Source of the DNA: Hyphomicrobiaceae bacterium
Lineage (GTDB): Bacteria; Pseudomonadota; Alphaproteobacteria; Rhizobiales; Hyphomicrobiaceae
NCBI GenBank assembly: GCA_047971765.1
Contig: JBKDZY010000802.1
Span: 1 to 42,314, forward strand
Direction: 5' to 3'
DNA: 42,314 nucleotides
Position 1 is the stretch's first letter. Each line of letters opens with the position of its first letter. A program made the translations under genes and the position numbers. This document shows positions 26,697-36,099 of this stretch, one piece after another. Under the pieces are notes generated by a model. The model did no database searches, was not told the DNA's origin, and was given only the letters and a program-made list of their open reading frames with translations.

Positions 26697-27846
26697 GCTC
26701 CCCCCTTCCGACATCAACGGCGAGGTCACCTGGTGCGGCATGACCGGACCGGGCCGCCACCAGGGCCACACTCTTGATCTGCGCGAACACGGCCGTGCCG
26801 ACCGTTAGCCCAAGCCCGACAAGAGACTTTCGCGTGACGGTGGCGATGATCCTGTCTCCTCCGTCTCCCTGGCCAAGCACAAGAATGACACTTGCCTGCG
26901 GTGCGGTATCTGCACCCTCGATGGCGACAATGCGGGCCGGAAGGCAATTGAGGATGGTTGAATCCGTGGGTGCAGTCCTGGCAAGGCTGACGTCGGAGGC
27001 CGCGATACGCAACCGCCGCGACACGCCGGGTGCACCATGCCGGCCCGGGACAATGAGGCGTCCCCCCGCGACCTCGAGCTCGGTCAACGCATAGTCCTCG
27101 TCGATCCGTGCGACACGGCCCGTCAGAACGACGGTTGCCTCCGGCGAGGCCAGCAGCGGTAGCGAAGGGTCCGTCTGCAGTTCCTGCAGCGGACCGCTCG
27201 CCAGGATCCGGCCTTCCCGCATGAGCACGAGGGTATCGGCGAGACGCTCGACTTCCGTGATGTCATGGCTGACATAGACGATCGGCAGGGCGAGTTCTTC
27301 GTGGAGGCGTTCGAAATACGGGAGGATGTCGTTCTTGGTCATCCGGTCAAGCGCCGACAACGGTTCGTCCATAAGCAGAATGCGAGGGGCGGACAGCAAG
27401 GCGCGGCCAACAGCAACCCTCTGGCGCTCGCCGCCCGAGAGCGCACCCGTCGCCCGCTCGAGCAGGTGTCCGATGCCGAGAAGCATCACGACGTCATCAA
27501 GCGTGATGGGTGAGACTACCTTCGCGCGCCGTGCGCCATAGAGAAGATTGTCGCGCACGCTCAGATGCGGAAAAAGGCTCGCCTCCTGGAACACGTAGCC
27601 GACGTGGCGATGATGCGGCGGACGAAAGGCACCGGTGTTCGTGTCCTGCCACACATCCTCGCCAACGGAGATGCGACCTGGAATGTGCTGAAGCCCGGCG
27701 ATAGAGCGCAGAACCGTTGTCTTGCCGCAGCCGGATGGTCCGAACAGCGTGGTGATGCCACGGGCCGGCACCTCCATTTCCAGATCGATCCGGAAGCTGC
27801 CGAGTTGCCCATCGAGCGCGACATTTATTGATGCGGGGTCACTCAT
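26680..27846 (-). CDS. modC: Molybdate ABC transporter ATP-binding protein with C-terminal TOBE/Mop domain
   Basis: Walker A GPSGCGKTT, LSGGERQRVAVGRAL, LLMDEPLSALD. TOBE-like tail (ILNCLPARIVAI...ATVTRKSLVGLGLTVGTAVFAQIKSVAL). ATGA overlap with the modB stop. Confidence 0.9.
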   Translation of the reverse strand: MSDPASINVALDGQLGSFRIDLEMEVPARGITTLFGPSGCGKTTVLRSIAGLQHIPGRISVGEDVWQDTNTGAFRPPHHRHVGYVFQEASLFPHLSVRDNLLYGARRAKVVSPITLDDVVMLLGIGHLLERATGALSGGERQRVAVGRALLSAPRILLMDEPLSALDRMTKNDILPYFERLHEELALPIVYVSHDITEVERLADTLVLMREGRILASGPLQELQTDPSLPLLASPEATVVLTGRVARIDEDYALTELEVAGGRLIVPGRHGAPGVSRRLRIAASDVSLARTAPTDSTILNCLPARIVAIEGADTAPQASVILVLGQGDGGDRIIATVTRKSLVGLGLTVGTAVFAQIKSVALVAARSGHAAPGDLAVDVGRGEHGAKK

Positions 27847-28526
27847 CACCCGGCGCGTCCTATGCGTTTTTCCAGGAGAAACATGGTGAGGATGACGAGA
27901 AACGAAAACGCAACCATGCCGCCAGCGAGAATGTGGGCCTCCATCCATTGCTGCATCTCGACGAAGTCATAGATGGCGACAGAGAGCACTTTTGTCTGCC
28001 CTGGAATGTTGCCCCCGATCATGAGGACCACGCCGAACTCGCCGACGGTGTGCGCGAAACCCAGAACGGCAGCCGTCATGAACCCTGGCCGGGCCAACGG
28101 AACGGCAACGCTCCAGAACGCATCCAGTGGCGAGGCGCGCAGGGTTGCGGCGACTTCCAGCGGACGATTGCCAATCGCCTCGAAGGCATTGCGAACGGGC
28201 TGCACCACGAACGGCATCGAGTAGAGCACGGAACCGATCACAAGCCCTTCGAAGGTAAAGGCCAGCGTGCGCGCGCCCCAGAAGCCCGCCACCCAACCGC
28301 CCGGTCCGTTGGGGCCAAACGCCAGCAGGAGATAGAAGCCGAGCACCGTCGGCGGAAGGACGAGCGGCATGGCGACGATGGCCGCCACGACTTCCTTCCA
28401 CCGAGACCTGGAGCGCGCCAGCCACCACGCAATGGGGGTTCCCACGATCAACAACAGGACCGTCGTCAACGCGGCCAGCCACAGCGTCAATCGGATCGGC
28501 GACCAGAGCTGTTCCAGGTCCAGCAT
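27846..28526 (-). CDS. modB: Molybdate ABC transporter permease
   Basis: 226 aa, 5-6 TM. Context between modA and modC. CysTW/ModB-type loop ([22 protein letters not shown]). Confidence 0.9.
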   Translation of the reverse strand: MLDLEQLWSPIRLTLWLAALTTVLLLIVGTPIAWWLARSRSRWKEVVAAIVAMPLVLPPTVLGFYLLLAFGPNGPGGWVAGFWGARTLAFTFEGLVIGSVLYSMPFVVQPVRNAFEAIGNRPLEVAATLRASPLDAFWSVAVPLARPGFMTAAVLGFAHTVGEFGVVLMIGGNIPGQTKVLSVAIYDFVEMQQWMEAHILAGGMVAFSFLVILTMFLLEKRIGRAG

Positions 28527-28539
28527 GCCTTGGATTACC

Positions 28540-29325
28540 TCATCCGCCGAAGCCGTAGCCGAATTTCTCGATCACCGTGCGCGCCTCAGGTTCACTGAGG
28601 AAGGCCAGGAATTCGCGAGCGGCCGGATTGTCCGCACCGGCCTTCAGCAGCACCGCGTCCTGTGCGATCTGCCTGTGCATACTGGCCGGGACCACCCAGC
28701 GCGAACCACCCTTGACATTCACGATCTGGCTGAGCGCGACGAACCCGAGTTCGGCGTTGCCCGACTCCACGAACTGGAACGTCTGCGCGATGTTGTTGCC
28801 CTGTACGATCCTGGATTTCAGCGCATCGTAGACGCCGATCGTCTTCATCGTCTCGACCGCCGCGGCGCCATAGGGTGCGGTCATCGGATTGGCTATGGCG
28901 ATCCTGGTAAACCTGCCGTTCTTCAAGACCGCCTCGCCTGCCACGATGCCCTTGGCTTTCGCGAACAGGACGAGCTTGCCGACAGCATACGTGAAGCTGG
29001 TGCCGGGAACCGCCTGCCCCCCATCAACCGCCTTCTTCGGGCGTGCCTGATCGGCTGCAAGGAAAACCTCGAACGGCGCTCCCTGCGTGATCTGCGTGTA
29101 GAGCTGCCCTGTCGAGCCAAAGCTCAACACCACCTTGGTGCCTTTTGCCCTCTCGAAAGTGGCTGCAATCTCCTTGGCGGCGGCTGTGAAGTTGGCTGCA
29201 ACCGCGACCTTGACCTCCCCGCCACCGCGCGCCTCGGCAGCCTGCGGCACAACAGCCGCGACACTTCCTGCCACGGCCAGCGCCAACACGGCCCTGCGAT
29301 CCAAACGACCTGTCACTCTCATCAT
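28540..29325 (-). CDS. modA: Molybdate ABC transporter periplasmic binding protein
   Basis: Tat-like leader [20 protein letters not shown]. ModA blocks ([21 protein letters not shown]..., [27 protein letters not shown]). Confidence 0.9.
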   Translation of the reverse strand: MMRVTGRLDRRAVLALAVAGSVAAVVPQAAEARGGGEVKVAVAANFTAAAKEIAATFERAKGTKVVLSFGSTGQLYTQITQGAPFEVFLAADQARPKKAVDGGQAVPGTSFTYAVGKLVLFAKAKGIVAGEAVLKNGRFTRIAIANPMTAPYGAAAVETMKTIGVYDALKSRIVQGNNIAQTFQFVESGNAELGFVALSQIVNVKGGSRWVVPASMHRQIAQDAVLLKAGADNPAAREFLAFLSEPEARTVIEKFGYGFGG

Positions 29326-29391
29326 CCGGCTCTTTCTAAACTATTCATCCCTATACGTTGGTAGGTAGATCGGAACATAAAGAAATGGCAA

Positions 29392-29417
29392 GTTAAATAT
29401 TTATTGAAATATAACGA
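29392..29417. promoter_or_regulatory. Candidate Mo-box (ModE operator) upstream of modA
   Basis: GTTAAATAT-TTATTGA-AATATAACGA is an AT-rich imperfect palindrome 67-92 bp upstream of the modA ATG. The right half (ATATAACG) closely resembles the E. coli modA operator half as I recall it (cgTTATAT-N-TACATAACG). Confidence 0.4.
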
Positions 29418-29439
29418 CACCCGGAAAATCAACACCAGA

Positions 29440-29778
29440 CTAGGCGACGAGTTCACGCTCCAACTCCGTCAATTGCTTCGAGAACAGCTTCATGGACTGC
29501 GCCTCGATGGCGCGATAATGGCCGATCACCGCATGACCAAAGGACGTCAATCGGGCCGAACCGCCGCCAGCCCCGCCATGCTGCGTTTCGATGACCGGTG
29601 TCTTGAACATGCGATTCAACTCGTCCACAAGCAGCCATGCCCGCCTATAGGACATGCCGATGGGCTTGGCCGCACCGCTGATCGATCCGTGTTCCGCGAT
29701 AAGTTCAAGCAGACGGATCTTGCCATGGCCGATCTGGCTGCCGTTTGCGAAGTCGATACGTAGTGTCAGGCGCGTCAT
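29440..29778 (-). CDS. ModE-family winged-helix regulator, N-terminal DNA-binding domain only (no Mop domains)
   Basis: 112 aa. HGKIRLLELIAEHGSISGAAKPIGMSYRRAWLLVDELNRMF is the characteristic ModE N-terminal HTH. The ORF ends about 115 bp upstream of the modA start. Confidence 0.8.
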   Translation of the reverse strand: MTRLTLRIDFANGSQIGHGKIRLLELIAEHGSISGAAKPIGMSYRRAWLLVDELNRMFKTPVIETQHGGAGGGSARLTSFGHAVIGHYRAIEAQSMKLFSKQLTELERELVA

Positions 29779-29857
29779 ATGTCCGATCCGTGATGGCTTG
29801 GCTGAGACAACCTATACGACCAGAGGCCGAACTGAAAATGTGGCTCTCTTGCATTGC

Positions 29858-29886
29858 TTGACAACATATTCTTTTGGATATATCGA
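29858..29886 (+). promoter_or_regulatory. Candidate sigma70-type promoter (TTGACA -35, weak -10) in the AT-rich region divergent from the modE-like gene
   Basis: TTGACA at 29858-29863. TATATC lies at spacer 15 or TATCGA at spacer 17. About 30 nt downstream is GAGG-N5-ATG (29914). Confidence 0.25.
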
Positions 29887-30271
29887 TTGCAATACTCACA
29901 TTTGAGGTCCATCATGCCCAGCGACATTGACATTCGCGCGCTTCGGCCGTTGCCGGTGTCGACGGGCTCCGCCGAGGCATCTCTTGAACTCCAACACTGC
30001 GCGACGACGGGAAGCCCTGTGTCGGGGATGCGCTGCGGCTTGACCTCGGCAGACCTGACGGCACCGCTTCAAGGCGCGTCTTCATGCGTGACGGGCACAT
30101 CGACTACGAGGCTGCGGCGATCAGGCTGCCAGGTGTTGGCTCTCATGGTGGTAAACTGCAACCGAAGCGGCAGTCCGGCGCTGGCCCCATACGGACCAGT
30201 CGAGCCGGCGAAACGCCAGCGCGACTGCTGTTCATTCGAGATTTTCTCCGCCTCAACAAGGAAGGCTTGAT

Positions 30272-31705
30272 ATGTACAACGATGTCTCACTCTTCATCGA
30301 CGGCAAATGGGGACCAGCAGCAGCGGGCCGTTCGCTCGTCGTCCTCAATCCGGCGACCTCCGAGCCTGTCGGGAAGGTCGCCCATGCCGACCGCAGCGAT
30401 CTCGAACGCGCCATCGACGCCGCCGACCGCGGCTTCAAGGCTTGGCGGAAGGTGTCGGCCTACGACCGCTCCAAGGTCATGCGGAAAGCCGCGGACCTGC
30501 TGCGGGAACGTGCCGACAAGATCGCGCCGCTCCTGACGCTCGAGCAGGGCAAGCCCCTGGCCCAGGCAAAGATGGAGGCGATTGCGGCAGCAGATGCCAT
30601 CGACTGGTTCGCGGAGGAAGCCAAACGCGCCTATGGCCGCATCATTCCCGCGCGGGCGGAAGGCATCTACCAGCTCGTCATCAAGGAGCCGGTGGGACCG
30701 GTCGCCGGCTTCTCACCCTGGAACTTCCCGATCAACCAGGCGGTGCGCAAGATTTCGTGCGCACTGGCGGCGGGTTGCTCCATCATCATCAAGGCGCCGG
30801 AAGAGACCCCGGCTTCGCCCGCAGAACTTGTGCGCTGTTTCGCCGACGCTGGCGTTCCTGCCGGCGTGATCAATCTCGTCTACGGCATCCCGGCCGAGAT
30901 TTCCGAGTATCTGATCCCGCATCCGGTCATCCGCAAGATCACCTTCACCGGTTCGACGGCGGTCGGCAAGCACCTCGCCGCCATGGCCGGCCAGCACATG
31001 AAACGGTCGACCATGGAGCTTGGCGGGCATAGCCCGGCCATCGTCTTCGATGATGCCGATGTGGACAAGGCCGCGACCTTGCTGGCGGCGGCGAAGTTCC
31101 GCAACGCGGGGCAGGTGTGCGTGTCGCCAACCCGCTTCCTGATCCAGGAGAAGGTCTACAAGACGTTCGTCGAGCGGTTCACGGCCAAGGCCAAGGCGTT
31201 GAAGGTCGGCGATGGGCTGGCGAATGACACCGAGATGGGACCACTCGCAAATCCGCGGCGTGTGACCGCCATGGAGACGATGATCGGCGAGGCGACCCAG
31301 CGTGGCGCCAAGCTCGAGACCGGCGGCAAGCGGATCGGCAACAAGGGCAACTTCTTCGAGCCGACGGTGCTGACCAATGTCCCGAAGGACACGCAGATCA
31401 TGAACGAGGAGCCTTTCGGTCCTGTCGCCCTGATCGCACCGTTCGGCTCGATCGACGATGCGGTGGCCGAAGCGAACCGCCTCTCCTATGGTCTTGCTTC
31501 CTACGCCTACACGCGCTCGGCGACGACAGCCCAGCAGGTGGCCGCGCGGGTCGAAGCAGGCAACATGGTGATCAACCACCCTCGGATGGCGCTTCCCGAG
31601 GTGCCGTTCGGCGGCGTCAAGGACTCCGGATACGGTTCCGAGGGCGGTCTGGAGGCCATCGAGGCCTATCTCGTCACCAAGTTCGTGAGCCAGGCGCCGC
31701 TGTAA
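30272..31705 (+). CDS. NAD(P)-dependent aldehyde dehydrogenase (succinate-semialdehyde/dioxovalerate dehydrogenase-like)
   Basis: 477 aa. Catalytic Glu context [10 protein letters not shown] and catalytic Cys context [24 protein letters not shown] before the ATG. Confidence 0.9.
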   Translation: MYNDVSLFIDGKWGPAAAGRSLVVLNPATSEPVGKVAHADRSDLERAIDAADRGFKAWRKVSAYDRSKVMRKAADLLRERADKIAPLLTLEQGKPLAQAKMEAIAAADAIDWFAEEAKRAYGRIIPARAEGIYQLVIKEPVGPVAGFSPWNFPINQAVRKISCALAAGCSIIIKAPEETPASPAELVRCFADAGVPAGVINLVYGIPAEISEYLIPHPVIRKITFTGSTAVGKHLAAMAGQHMKRSTMELGGHSPAIVFDDADVDKAATLLAAAKFRNAGQVCVSPTRFLIQEKVYKTFVERFTAKAKALKVGDGLANDTEMGPLANPRRVTAMETMIGEATQRGAKLETGGKRIGNKGNFFEPTVLTNVPKDTQIMNEEPFGPVALIAPFGSIDDAVAEANRLSYGLASYAYTRSATTAQQVAARVEAGNMVINHPRMALPEVPFGGVKDSGYGSEGGLEAIEAYLVTKFVSQAPL

Positions 31706-32195
31706 GGCGCACGGGTTGCGCAATGTGCGACGTGGGGGGGCGTGTGCTGCGGCACGCCCTCGACTACTGCTGGCGCCATGGGAACATGACGCCAGATCCC
31801 GGTGAGCAAACCCACCGGACCACGAGAGTCGAGCGGCATGGTGCGTAGTGCGTAGTCCACGCTGCACCTCGGCATTAATGGCGGGCGGATCGACCGCAAC
31901 GACAGACCGGTTTTGGTTCCGGCGGAAGCGACCGCACCCGACGGTGTGACGGACATCTGCTTCGGCCGGAAGGGCGGCGTCGAAAACCGGCAGGGCTATG
32001 GTGCCGTGACGAACGTGTCGCACCACGTGGCGGCTCAAGGCACCTGTCCGATATTGCCGATCACAAAAGTGCTGCCCGGCAATCCGACGCACGGCCGTTT
32101 GTCCAGGCCGTCTACCTGGCGCTCATTCATTTTCCATCCGGCCCTTGCCCTGCCCCGATCAATCAGCAAGGCCGGACAAACCTCAGGACCCACAC

Positions 32196-33707
32196 ATGCA
32201 GGACCGACCGACAAAACTCGTCGAGTACCAGACCTACATCGACGGCAAGTGGACGGGAGCCCAGTCGGGCAAGATGTTTGAAACCAGCGACCCCTATACG
32301 GGCGAGCCCTGGGCGCGCATTCCCGAATGCGACAAAGTAGATGCCGATCTCGCCGTCGAAGCCGCCTCGCGCGCCTTCGAGAGCGGGCCGTGGCCGCAGA
32401 TGTCGGCAACGGCGCGGGGCAAGGCCATGCGCCGCCTCGCGCAACTGATCGAGAAGCACGCCGAGCATCTGGCGCAGATCGAAGTGCGCGACAACGGCAA
32501 GCTGATCTCGGAGATGGCAGCCCAGACCAAGTATCTGCCCGAATGGTTCTATTACTACGGTGGTCTTGCCGACAAGATCTGCGGGTCGGTGGTGCCTATC
32601 GATCGTCCCGACCACTTCAACTACATCCTGCGCGAGCCGGTAGGTGTCTGCTCGTTCATCACACCCTGGAATTCGCCGCTGATGTTGACGGGGTGGAAAC
32701 TGGCGCCAGCCCTCGCGGCGGGATGCACGGTCGTCATCAAACCGTCCGAATACACATCCGCTTCGCTGCTCGAGTTCATGAAGCTCGTCATCGCGGAGGC
32801 CGATATCCCGCCGGGCGTCATCAATGTCGTCACCGGATACGGCGCGGTTGTCGGCGAGCCGCTGGTCACGCATCCCAAGGTCGCCAAGGTTGCCTTTACA
32901 GGCGGCACCGTTACGGGCGCGCGCGTCAACGAACTGGCCGCACGCACCTTCAAGAAGGTCTCGCTCGAACTTGGCGGCAAGTCGCCAAACATCGTCTTCG
33001 ACGACTGCATTCTCGACGACGCCGTGAGTGGCGCCATTTCCGGGATCTTCGCCGCCACGGGGCAGACCTGCATCGCGGGCTCGCGGCTGCTGGTCCAGGA
33101 GACGATCCACGACCAGTTCGTCGAAAAACTTGTGGCGATGGCGAAGCAGGCGCAGCTCGGCAACCCGCAGCTCTACGAGACGCAGGTCGGCCCCGTCACG
33201 ACGCCACCGCAGTACCGGAAGATTCTCGACTATATCGACATCGCGAAAGGCGAAGGCGCGCAGTGCGTGCTTGGAGGGGGGCCGGCGACCGAAGCGGAAG
33301 GCGGCGGCACGTATTTCGTGAAGCCGACGATTTTCACCGGTGTCGGCAACAAGATGCGGATTGCCCAGGAGGAAGTCTTCGGTCCGGTGCTTTCAGTCAT
33401 CAAGTTCAAGGACGAGGAGGATGCCATTCGCATTGCCAATGACATCGCCTATGGCCTGGGATCGGGTGTGTGGACGCAATCGGTGCGCCGCGCGCATACC
33501 ATGGCACGCCGCATCAAGGCGGGGACCGTATGGGTCAACACCTACCGGGCGGTGAGCTTCACGATGCCATTCGGCGGCTACAAGGCGTCCGGCCTCGGGC
33601 GCGAGAACGGCGCGGAGGCGATTGACGGCTACCTGCAGTCGAAAAGCGTCTGGATCAACAATGGCCCCGGCGGCGGCAATCCGTTCATCATGAAAACAGC
33701 GGAGTGA
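32196..33707 (+). CDS. NAD-dependent aldehyde dehydrogenase family protein
   Basis: VSLELGGKSPNIV and FAATGQTCIAGSRLLV catalytic motifs. ATG 32196 is internal to ORF 32145..33707. Confidence 0.9.
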   Translation: MQDRPTKLVEYQTYIDGKWTGAQSGKMFETSDPYTGEPWARIPECDKVDADLAVEAASRAFESGPWPQMSATARGKAMRRLAQLIEKHAEHLAQIEVRDNGKLISEMAAQTKYLPEWFYYYGGLADKICGSVVPIDRPDHFNYILREPVGVCSFITPWNSPLMLTGWKLAPALAAGCTVVIKPSEYTSASLLEFMKLVIAEADIPPGVINVVTGYGAVVGEPLVTHPKVAKVAFTGGTVTGARVNELAARTFKKVSLELGGKSPNIVFDDCILDDAVSGAISGIFAATGQTCIAGSRLLVQETIHDQFVEKLVAMAKQAQLGNPQLYETQVGPVTTPPQYRKILDYIDIAKGEGAQCVLGGGPATEAEGGGTYFVKPTIFTGVGNKMRIAQEEVFGPVLSVIKFKDEEDAIRIANDIAYGLGSGVWTQSVRRAHTMARRIKAGTVWVNTYRAVSFTMPFGGYKASGLGRENGAEAIDGYLQSKSVWINNGPGGGNPFIMKTAE

Positions 33708-33711
33708 CGCA

Positions 33712-33756
33712 GCAGGCCGGACCAATTCCAGTGCAGCCGGAATTGGTCCGGCCTGC
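33712..33756 (+). terminator. Long perfect hairpin immediately after the second ALDH gene (candidate terminator, no U-tract)
   Basis: GCAGGCCGGACCAATTCC (33712-33729) and GGAATTGGTCCGGCCTGC (33739-33756) form an 18-bp perfect stem with a 9-nt loop, starting 5 nt after the stop codon. Confidence 0.55.
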
Positions 33757-34261
33757 CTGCGCGCACGGATCGCACCGGGTCAAAGGCCTGGTTCCGAGCG
33801 AGCGCGGTGCATAGGGGCCGGCCTGCCCATGCCTTTCCCGTATTCAGCACCACTTTGCAGCACGACCCTTTGCGACGATGTGGGGCTTTGGCGTTTCACG
33901 GCGTTTTGCCGCAACAAACAGGCCGTTACGTGACAAGGTCACATACGGACGGCAGCCAGGGGTATACCCATCCGTTTTGGCACAGGCGCAGCAAGCGCAT
34001 TGGTGCCTGACAGCGGCGGCGAGCACAGAGCGACCAAGGCCTTCACGCCATGACACGTCTCCAGCAATTCATGGCGAACGCTGCCTCGGGCGCTGCCGCC
34101 CCGCGTGGGGTTCGCATCCAGGACGTGCCCCTCACGCATGCGTTCCTCACGGCCGTGACCCGGACTCCTGGGACCGCTTGAATTTCCCGGCGCGCACCGC
34201 CCGGTGATGACATGCGAGCGCCGTTCCACCCGTTGGCTGAGACGGCCCGTCACTCCCCGCC

Positions 34262-34295
34262 CCTGCATGGACGTGATATAAATGTCAGATGCAGG
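34262..34295 (+). promoter_or_regulatory. Candidate extended -10 promoter (TGaTATAAA) embedded in a 7-bp inverted repeat, ~200 nt upstream of cydA
   Basis: CCTGCAT (34262-34268) ... ATGCAGG (34289-34295) flank TG-A-TATAAA (34274-34282). No convincing -35. Confidence 0.3.
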
Positions 34296-34482
34296 CCGTT
34301 CGATCTGGTTGCTGCACCGAACTCCCATCCCAAACTCTCGCCTCCTGCCGGAGGCTTGCCAGACGTGGCTGGAAGCTGCACGGACGTCATGAAGCAGCGT
34401 TATGCCGGGACATCGGGACAAAGCGGGCGTGGTGACGCCGGAATGCTGCGGCGGTGGCTGCAACGAAAAAAGGAAACCTGTC

Positions 34483-36066
34483 GTGATTGATCAAACCTTC
34501 GTTGAGCTGTCACGCTGGCAGTTTGCCTCGGTCGCGATGTACCACTTCCTGTTTGTGCCCCTCACGCTCGGTCTCTCCTGGATCCTGGTGATCATGGAGA
34601 GCGTCTACGTGATGACCGGCAAAGAGATCTACCGGGACATGACGAAGTTCTGGGGCAAGCTCTTCGGCATCAACTTCGCGCTCGGCGTCACCACCGGACT
34701 GACGATGGAATTCCAGTTCGGCACCAACTGGGCCTATTTCGCCCACTACGTCGGCGACATCTTCGGCGCTCCACTTGCCATCGAGGGGTTGATGGCCTTC
34801 TTCCTGGAGTCGACGTTCGTCGGCCTCATGCTGCTCGGATGGGACAAACTCAGCAAGCGCCAGCACCTCGCCGTGACCTTCTTGACCGCGCTCGGCACCA
34901 ATCTTTCCGCGCTGTGGATCCTGATCGCCAACGGCTGGATGCAGAATCCGGTCGGCGCAGAGTTTTCCGCCGAAACCATGCGCATGGAGATGACGAGCTT
35001 TGCCGCCGTCGTCTTCAATCCGGTGGCGCAGGTCAAGTTCATCCACACTGCCGCCGCGGGTTATGTCACGGCTTCGATGTTCGTTCTCGGCATCTCCTCC
35101 TGGTACATCCTCAAGGGTCGTGACCTGGCATTTGCCAAACGCTCGTTTGCCGTTGCAAGCGGGTTCGGCCTTGCGGCTGCCCTCTCGGTCATCGTGCTTG
35201 GCGATGAATCAGGCTACGAACTCGGTGACGTCCAGAAGATGAAGCTCGCCACCATCGAGGCCGAGTGGCACACACAGGAACCACCGGCAGCCTTCAACCT
35301 GCTCGCCATTCCCAACCAGGAGAAGCGCGAGAACACCTACGAGTTGAAGGTCCCGTGGGTGCTGGGCCTGATCGCGACCCGCTCACTCGACACCAAGGTG
35401 AGCGGCATCAATGACCTCGTGCACAACGCAGAGACGCGCATCCGCTCGGGGATCATCGGCTACACCAACCTGGAGAAACTCCGTGCCGGCGACAAGTCCG
35501 ACGACGTCAAGACCGCCTTCAACGCGCACAAAAAGGACATCGGCTACGGGCTTCTGCTCAAACGCTACGTCAAGGACCCGGCCACCGCGACCGAAGCCCA
35601 GATCAAGAAGGCCGCCTGGGACAGCGTTCCCTACGTGCCCTACATGTTCAACGCGTTCCGCATCATGGTGGGCCTCGGCTTCTACGCGCTGCTGATTTTC
35701 GGTGCGGGCTTCCTGCTGCTGGCGAATGGCCTGCTGCAGCGCTATCCCATCTATCTGAGGATCGCTGTCGTCTCGATACCCGTTCCATGGATTGCCTGCG
35801 AAGCGGGGTGGTTCGTCGCCGAATTCGGACGCCAGCCATGGGCCATCGGCGAGGTCCTGCCGACCTTCCTCGCCACCTCGGCGCTCACCGTCAGCGACCT
35901 CGTCTTCTCCATAACGGCCTATGTCCTGTTCTACACGGTGCTGCTGGTGATCGAGATGTACCTGATGTTCAAGTTCGCCCGCCTTGGACCCAGCGCGCTG
36001 CATACCGGCCGCTACTATCACGAACGCAATGGTGCCCACGGGTCCAGGCTGCAACCGGCCGAATGA
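34483..36066 (+). CDS. cydA: Cytochrome bd ubiquinol oxidase subunit I
   Basis: VIDQTFVELSRWQFASVAMYHFLFVPLTLGL is the canonical CydA N-terminus; Q-loop region present. GTG 34483 has AAAGGAAA 7 nt upstream. Confidence 0.92.
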   Translation: MIDQTFVELSRWQFASVAMYHFLFVPLTLGLSWILVIMESVYVMTGKEIYRDMTKFWGKLFGINFALGVTTGLTMEFQFGTNWAYFAHYVGDIFGAPLAIEGLMAFFLESTFVGLMLLGWDKLSKRQHLAVTFLTALGTNLSALWILIANGWMQNPVGAEFSAETMRMEMTSFAAVVFNPVAQVKFIHTAAAGYVTASMFVLGISSWYILKGRDLAFAKRSFAVASGFGLAAALSVIVLGDESGYELGDVQKMKLATIEAEWHTQEPPAAFNLLAIPNQEKRENTYELKVPWVLGLIATRSLDTKVSGINDLVHNAETRIRSGIIGYTNLEKLRAGDKSDDVKTAFNAHKKDIGYGLLLKRYVKDPATATEAQIKKAAWDSVPYVPYMFNAFRIMVGLGFYALLIFGAGFLLLANGLLQRYPIYLRIAVVSIPVPWIACEAGWFVAEFGRQPWAIGEVLPTFLATSALTVSDLVFSITAYVLFYTVLLVIEMYLMFKFARLGPSALHTGRYYHERNGAHGSRLQPAE

Positions 36067-36099
36067 CCCCGCGAAAAACCAGCCAAAGGACCACAGGCA

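Noticed and set aside
30713-32092. 459-aa minus-strand ORF opposite the first ALDH gene. Similar long antisense ORFs: 101..1186, 706..1602, 3381..4388, 11265..12263, 13116..13952, 23876..24979, 25246..26175, 32163..33110, 35383..36267, 36466..37470, 38073..39281.
   Set aside because: All lie opposite or out of frame to genes with clear family motifs. All have Arg/Pro/Gly/His-dominated low-complexity translations. High GC suppresses stop codons in the non-coding frames.
33930-33942. GTGAC-AAG-GTCAC palindrome as an FNR/FixK box for cydA
   Set aside because: The TGA-N5-TCA spacing does not match TTGAT-N4-ATCAA (TGA-N6-TCA). It also lies ~550 bp upstream of the cydA start.
34050-34181. 43-codon ORF (MTRLQQFMANAASGAAAPRGVRIQDVPLTHAFLTAVTRTPGTA) in the cydA upstream region
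   Set aside because: It has no SD and no recognisable family. It is indistinguishable from chance in GC-rich DNA, so it is mentioned only as part of the long leader.
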